64,000 nt of DNA. Source: Eledone cirrhosa (lineage: Eukaryota). A program made the translations under genes and the position numbers. The notes under the pieces are model-generated. The model was not told the DNA's origin and made no database searches. It saw nothing but the letters and a program-made list of their open reading frames with translations. The DNA is taken from positions 67,394,001 to 67,458,000 of the forward strand of contig OZ024743.1 of NCBI GenBank assembly GCA_964016885.1, in the 5' to 3' direction. Positions 57,500-64,000 of the stretch are shown in pieces (position 1 is the first letter of the stretch; each line of letters begins with the position of its first letter).

Positions 57500-59885
57500 C
57501 TCTCCTTGTCAGTAAGGTTAAAATGGTTTCTTCCTATAAAATGCAGATTGGAAATATATTATACAACATCGTCCGTAGCGTGAAGCAGCAACGGACGCCT
57601 CTCTTTGGGAGGAACAAGACGGAAATTGAAATGTTCACGGCTGGAACAAACTCCTCTGAAAATGAAATTTAATGAAATCAGAACCGCGAAACCAACCCTG
57701 ACACTTTAAGGCAAGCACCAAATAACACAACGAAGAAGTAGAGGCATTTTCGAGAACCCTATTGAGCGCTAGAAAGGGTTTTAACGTGGGAAGTTGAATG
57801 GGTAGTGAGAGAAGAAGAAAGAATGGATGAGTTTGAAGAGCAGGTAAAGGAATATATTAGAATGCTGGAACTAATTCAAGACATAAAAATGCCATAAGTA
57901 GCAGTGTCTTGGAGATGACAAAATTTCAAACTTTTGGCGAAATATCCTCTCATCATTCCACTGCAAGTTAATAGAATTTTTCTCTGACATCACCAGAAAC
58001 ACCGAAAAACTCCAAATTGGCTCACATTAGGGATAGCATACATACTCCCTAAAGCAAGCGAAACAAAAAACCCGAAAAACTACAGGCCGACCATTTATTT
58101 GACAACTATGTAAAAACACCTATATTCATCCTTACCGAAAGGATGTACCAATTTCTCGATCAAAACAACATCCTTCCCCTTGAATAAAAAGAGTGCAAAA
58201 TAATCTCATACGGCTGTAAAGGCCACCTATTAATAAACCATATGATACCCGGAAATTACCTACAGGTAACAGCGGAAAAATTCAGTGGTCACATAAACAG
58301 GGAATTTGGCCTAGATAAGTGTGCAAAAGCTACATTTAATGCGGTAAGTTGAGAGCTAATACCTCGACCCTACTTGATAATGATACAACTAACAATGATT
58401 GGATCAAGAAGGTTTTTATAAGTATCCTGGTGTAAACAAAGAGAAGATCAGGAATGTATAGTATAGACATGTTAGAATGTTCCTGAATACTGAGGTGGAC
58501 TCCCAGTCATCAATTGACTCCTGTCATCAATTGATATTTTAGTGAATTCCAACTTATGGACAAAGACTAGGAAACTGATAACATTAAACAAGATATATAA
58601 CCCCCAAAACAGACGTCTATAGTCTCTAACTGCCATAAAAGAAGGGCGGTAGAGGCCGAATCCAACCTGAAGCCTCCCCTAAACAACCATGGTAGGACAC
58701 CAAATGTATATCCAGAGTAACACCGACCAGATGATACAGTTGGTAAGATGATAATTGTTTCTACTTTTGGCACAAGGCCAGCAATTATCCCAGTGTATTA
58801 CTGGTACTTTATTTTATCGACCCCGTAAGGATGAAAGGCAAAGTTAACCTCGGCGGGATTTGACCTCAGTCTGTAAAGGGACGTAACTGTGCTGCAATGC
58901 ATGGCGTCCGACCCTCTACCGATACTGCCAATCCACCGCCCTGATGATGATTATAATGAGGACATGCCACCCACTAAGGAGGCAAAAAAGTGTTAGACAC
59001 AGGCCAGAAAAGAAATGCTTGAAGAAAATGTCAAAACGCTGGCAAGAAAAACATTGCATGTGCAATACACCAAACTTCTGGGGAAGCTGATGTACATATG
59101 AAAAGAACCCATCAGTGACAGCATGGCACTGGTTTGAAAGCAGAATCGAAAGGATTTATTTATTTTAGGGGCACAAAATCAGAGTCTCCTATCCTGGAAA
59201 TATCCAGCCAATATCTTGCACAATGGGGTAGACACAAAGCGTAGACCCTGCGATGACAAACTTTATAGCATTAACCACATTGTTGGCGGTTGTTCAGATC
59301 TTGATCCTACATAATATAAAACCAAGTATGATCGAGTTAACCAATATCCACACTGAAGCATAGGGCGTTACTACGTTATCCCTCATCCTAAGAACTGGTA
59401 TGATCACCCTCCATATCCAGTCAACGTGGGAGAGAATTTTCCTATCCTATGTGATTATGGAACACATACAGACAGTCAAATATATGATTACAGGCCGGAC
59501 ATCTTCATCAAGTCCTAAGACTGAAAACATGCCTGATAAATATGACGATGGCTTATGATAGAAAAATGTCAGCAAAAGATTTTTGAAAATCTAACTATAT
59601 ACAAGGACCTTGAGATTTACATCTAGGATGTGGCAATTTAAAAAACTAAATCATTTCTGTCGTTGTGGGTGCTCTGGAAATGATCAATAAATGTAGAAAC
59701 ACATTCTGTGACCTTACCCCAGGGAAACCATCAATCTACGAGGTTCAAAAGATGTTGCCGACATCAACCGCTCAACTTCTCAGAAAGTTCCTCTCCTTCT
59801 ATTGTATACGTGCTTTAGGTCTATTGTTGAGAATCGGCCGAAAGATGAAATAAAATAGAAATCAAACGAAGATGATAATAATAAT
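57500..59885 (+). pseudogene. Heavily decayed R4/Dong-like RLE retrotransposon, interrupted by a SINE (58752-58942)
   Basis: Relics KNYRPT, EFGLDKCAK, YKYPG, GLKAESKGF, AQNQSL, INHIVGGC, YRPDI, YKDLEI, VVGALEMI..EVQKML..TAQLLRKFL. (AAT)n tail. Confidence 0.75.
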
Positions 59886-60679
59886 TGCTTATGTTTGCTG
59901 AAGCGGCAGAATATGGCAGTTTATGTGACGTGTGAAGTATTTACATTGAAATCAGTGAAAGGAAAAGTATGACGCAGGAGGGAAATGAAGGATGACATAA
60001 ACGTAACGTAGTATGCAAATGAAGTACACCTCTTATACAAATATATCTTATTTAGTCCTCTTGATAGAGGAAAGTTTTCACCTTTGGTCAATAGTAGGGT
60101 TCGACAGATTCAGCATTATACTGACCACCAAAGTAAAGTAACTTCTCTCAAATGTCATTGTCCGAACTACAGGCACATGTTGACATTAGACGTATTTACT
60201 TTTGCTATTTCTCTACTTTCTGCCCATATTTTTACAAACATACTGGTGAAAATAGCTTTCCGCTACTCCATCACAGTCATCTCCTTCCTCACATTCTATT
60301 CCATATGAAACTTTGAAGACACGTTGAGGGCCTGAAAGGAAAAAGGAAAAAAAGAATATTTTTAGTAGCCTTTCTCTAGAAGAGACAACAACTAGGTTTG
60401 TCAGCCTGCCAATATGTACGTTGAAATTTTATTTGTTAAAAATATGGTGCATATTGTAGGGCTAAAATTGGATGCTAAATACCCAGCAGCGATGGTGCAT
60501 ATGACTCGTGTGTGATAGCGAACTACTTTTTAAAAGATGATAGGCAGTAGAGAGACAATTAGTAATGAACTATTTGCTTTCATTTCCACTAAGGCGAGTG
60601 AACAATGTATGATAGAGAACTACTTCTTACAAGTGGATTGAAACAGATGATCTACTTGGAGAGGCTGAAAAAACTAAAG

Positions 60680-61140
60680 CTTTACTCTATGGAGTGAAGA
60701 TGGGAAGGACACACACTCATATGCGTTTGGAAGGTCCTGGACGGGTTAAGACCAAACTTAGGCATTGATGGCAGGACCAGCCCATGAAAAAGACGCCCCT
60801 GTATAGTGGTGAAGTTCCCACCTGTTACATCAAGAATAAGGACCACATACCGCAATAGCCTGAGGTTCAAGGGACCTCGTCATTTGAATAAACTGTCAAC
60901 AAATCTGGGAGATCTATATGGTGTACATATAGATGTTTTCAAGAGGCATCCCGACATCCTGCTGAACAAGATCACGGATAAACCCAAAGGATGAGTCGAA
61001 ACGCAAATAAAGGCGGCAGCAACAAGCTCCCTTTTGTATGAATGACCAACCAAGCAAGACTGAAAACTGGCTATAGAAATTGTAGTATCAATAACAGTGC
61101 CCCAACATGACCTCAGCCTGTCGGCTGGAACACGTAATGT
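60680..61140 (+). mobile_element. 3' fragment of a CR1-like LINE
   Basis: NSLRFKGPRHLNKL..DLYGV..DVFKRHPDILLNKITDKP, typical of a CR1-group ORF2 end. Confidence 0.6.
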
Positions 61141-62189
61141 AGTAATAGAGTAGAGAGGTAAATAGTAATGAACTACTAGGTTTCCATTAAGATGAGTGAA
61201 CAATAATAAGACCTACAGCTAGGACGAGAGATCAAGCTTTCTCGAAAGCAACAATAGGTGATATATTAACATTTCGTCTATTTTCTTATCAAAAGCTTTT
61301 TGGCTTTGTTTTTTAAAATGAAAATTATTCTCACAAAAAAAAACAACAAAAACAAAACAAAGACACCGCCCACCCCCCCCAAAAAAAAACAAACGAACAA
61401 AACAAAAGCAAACGTCTTTCAAATGTTTATTTAGTTTTCAAACGATGGAAAAACAGGATTAAAGGCCACAATTACTATAGTTAGTTTTGGTTATGACTTT
61501 TAATACTAACAAGTAGGTATTCCTCAAAACATTGCGTTACCATTAGATGTGTGAAAATGTCAGTTCAAAGTGTCAATATTCGCGTACAAAACCATATTCT
61601 CTTTAAAATATTTCTGGAAAAAATAAATAATAAATTAATAAACACACTATTCACATAGATTTTTATTTGAGTTGTTTACCAGAACATTTTATAAAACGCA
61701 CACCGAACCGCAAAATTATTTGATCTTTTTTTTTTTTAAAGTACGAATATGTTCGTCTGATGGAATATTTACATTCAAGATTTTTTGAGGTAGATCGATG
61801 GGAACTGCATCACAAATGTCCATATTACAACATGTTTGTGTGAGTTCATTTTCTCGTTAGGTCTTTGCTTGTTTGTTTTGTTTTCGTCAACATACATTCT
61901 ACCTAGATAGAAACATTGCTAGATATTTAACTTTTAACATACTTCACCACATGAAACCAAGATAGTGAGACAGTAAAGTACAAAACAGTACTTTGACTAC
62001 ATCACATTAACACAAAAGTACAATACAAGACTATGAGAGACTCACATTAGTACTGGAATCCAAACAGCTCTATGTATGCATCACATTAGCGCAAATTACA
62101 AAGCAGGACTCACTGAATTGTATTAGCCGAAAACAGCACTATGCTTACATCACCTTAGTACAAAAACTTATACTGTCTGTGTCACATTA

Positions 62190-63590
62190 GCACAAATGTA
62201 CAAAAATAGCCCTATGATTGCATCACATTCCCACAAATGTACAAATTCCCACTATGACTGCATCACATTCCCACAAATATACAAAACAACACTATAACTG
62301 CATTACATTCCCACAAATATAAAAAAACAATACTATAACTGCATTACATTACCACAAATATACAAAACAACACTATAACTGCATTACATTCCCACAAAGG
62401 TACAAAACAACACTATAACTGCATTACATTCCCACAAATATAAAAAACAACATTATAACTGCATTACATTCCCACAAAAGTACAAACACTATAACTGCTT
62501 TACATTCCCACAAAGGTACAAAACAGCACTATAACTGCATCACGTTCCCACACATATACAAAACAACACTATAACTGCATCACGTTCCCACAAATATACA
62601 AAACAACACTATAACTGCATCACGTTCCCACACATATACAAAACAACACTATAACTGCATCACGTTCCCACACATATACAAAACAACACTATAACTGCAT
62701 TCCCACAAAAGTACAAAACAACACTATAACTGCATCACGTTCCCACAAATATACAAAACAGCACTATAACTGCATCACGTTCCCACACATATACAAAACA
62801 ACACTATAACTGCATCACGTTCCCACAAATATACAAAACAACACTATAACTGCATCACGTTCCCACACATATACAAAACAGCACTATAACTGCATCACGT
62901 TCCCACAAATATACAAAACAGCACTATAACTGCATCACGTTCCCACACATATACAAAACAACACTATAACTGCATCACGTTCCCACAAATATACAAAACA
63001 GCACTATAACTGCATCACGTTCCCACACATATACAAAACAACACTATAACTGCATTACATTCCAACAAATATACAAAACAACACTATAACTGCATTCCCA
63101 CAAAAGTACAAAACAACACTATAACTGCATTACATTCCCACAAAGGTACAAAACAACACTATAACTGCATTACATTCCCACAAATATAAAAAACAACCTT
63201 ATAACTGCATTACATTCCCACAAAAGTACAAACACTATAACTGCTTTACATTCCAACAAAAGTACAATACAACACTATAACTAAATCACATTCCCACAAA
63301 TATACAAACAACACTATAACTGCATTACATTCCCACAAAAGTACAAAACAACACTATAACTGCATTACATTCCCACAAAAGTACAAAACAACACTATAAC
63401 TGCATTACATTCCCACAAAAGTATAAAACAACACTATAACTGCATTACATTCCCACAAAAGTACAAAACAACACTATAACTGCATTACATTCCCACAAAT
63501 ATACAAAACAACACTATAACTAAATCACGTTCCCACAAATATACAAACAAGACTATAACTGCATTACATCACCACAAAAGTAAACAACAT
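62190..63590. repeat. 40-bp tandem minisatellite (CCCACAAATATACAAAACAACACTATAACTGCAT[T/C]AC[A/G]TT), ~35 units, with degenerate units from ~61960
   Basis: Contiguous units with no unique spacers. Confidence 0.95.
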
Positions 63591-64000
63591 CATTATGATA
63601 ATTGAATTAGTAAAAAACAGCATCATGACAGCATCACATTAAAATTTGAAATATTTTATACGATTACTGCACATTTTCACAACGTTCATATAAACACACA
63701 TAAAGATACTGTAAACATTTGAATAACCCAATAATTTTTAAACATTTTCAGCTAAATTATACCAGGAGTTGATAACAGTATTTGGTATTTTATTTGTGTA
63801 ATAATATTACAGAACATTTTGTATTGTAAGGTAGTTCTGATATTATTCGAAATAGCACCTTTGATTATTTAGTTCAAAGAGAGTTAGAGAAGACAGCATC
63901 TTGCATGATGAAGGCGTCACATGATGAGATAAAGCTGATGCAATCTTGACCGTATGGTGTAGCTTAAATGTATGGTTTAGCCAAAACTGCAGGGTTCCGC

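Noticed and set aside
62190-63590. CRISPR-like array of ~40-bp repeats
   Set aside because: Units are contiguous with no unique spacers, there are no cas genes, and the context is eukaryotic. It is a minisatellite.

Overview
Repeat-dominated, AT-rich eukaryotic DNA with no recognisable host exon. The SINE types resemble those I recall from octopod cephalopods (inference). Most ORFs in the track are microsatellite artefacts. The centrepiece is a near-intact Penelope-like retroelement (PLE) at ~12526-17349: RT with YRDD plus GIY-YIG, Naiad-like, with a hammerhead ribozyme (HHR) in each ~620-bp terminal direct repeat and one frameshift in an A8 run. Around it, mostly embedded in (TA)n/(CA)n tracts, are short non-coding elements from roughly a dozen sequence-unrelated families. 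They carry minimal type I HHR motifs (helix I / CUGANGA / helix II / GAAA / palindromic helix III / NUH), often followed by AATAAA and arranged as tandem and fold-back copies, like retrozymes or non-autonomous PLEs. Some have compensatory U3:A8 cores and some have a 60-80 nt extended helix II. Also present are decayed LINEs (RTE-like, CR1-like, Tx1/L1-like, R4/Dong-like), decayed DNA transposons (mariner/maT, hATm-like, three Charlie-like hAT relics), about 15 MetaSINE-like and several CORE-type tRNA SINEs, and a 40-bp minisatellite. All coordinates and pairings were read by eye.
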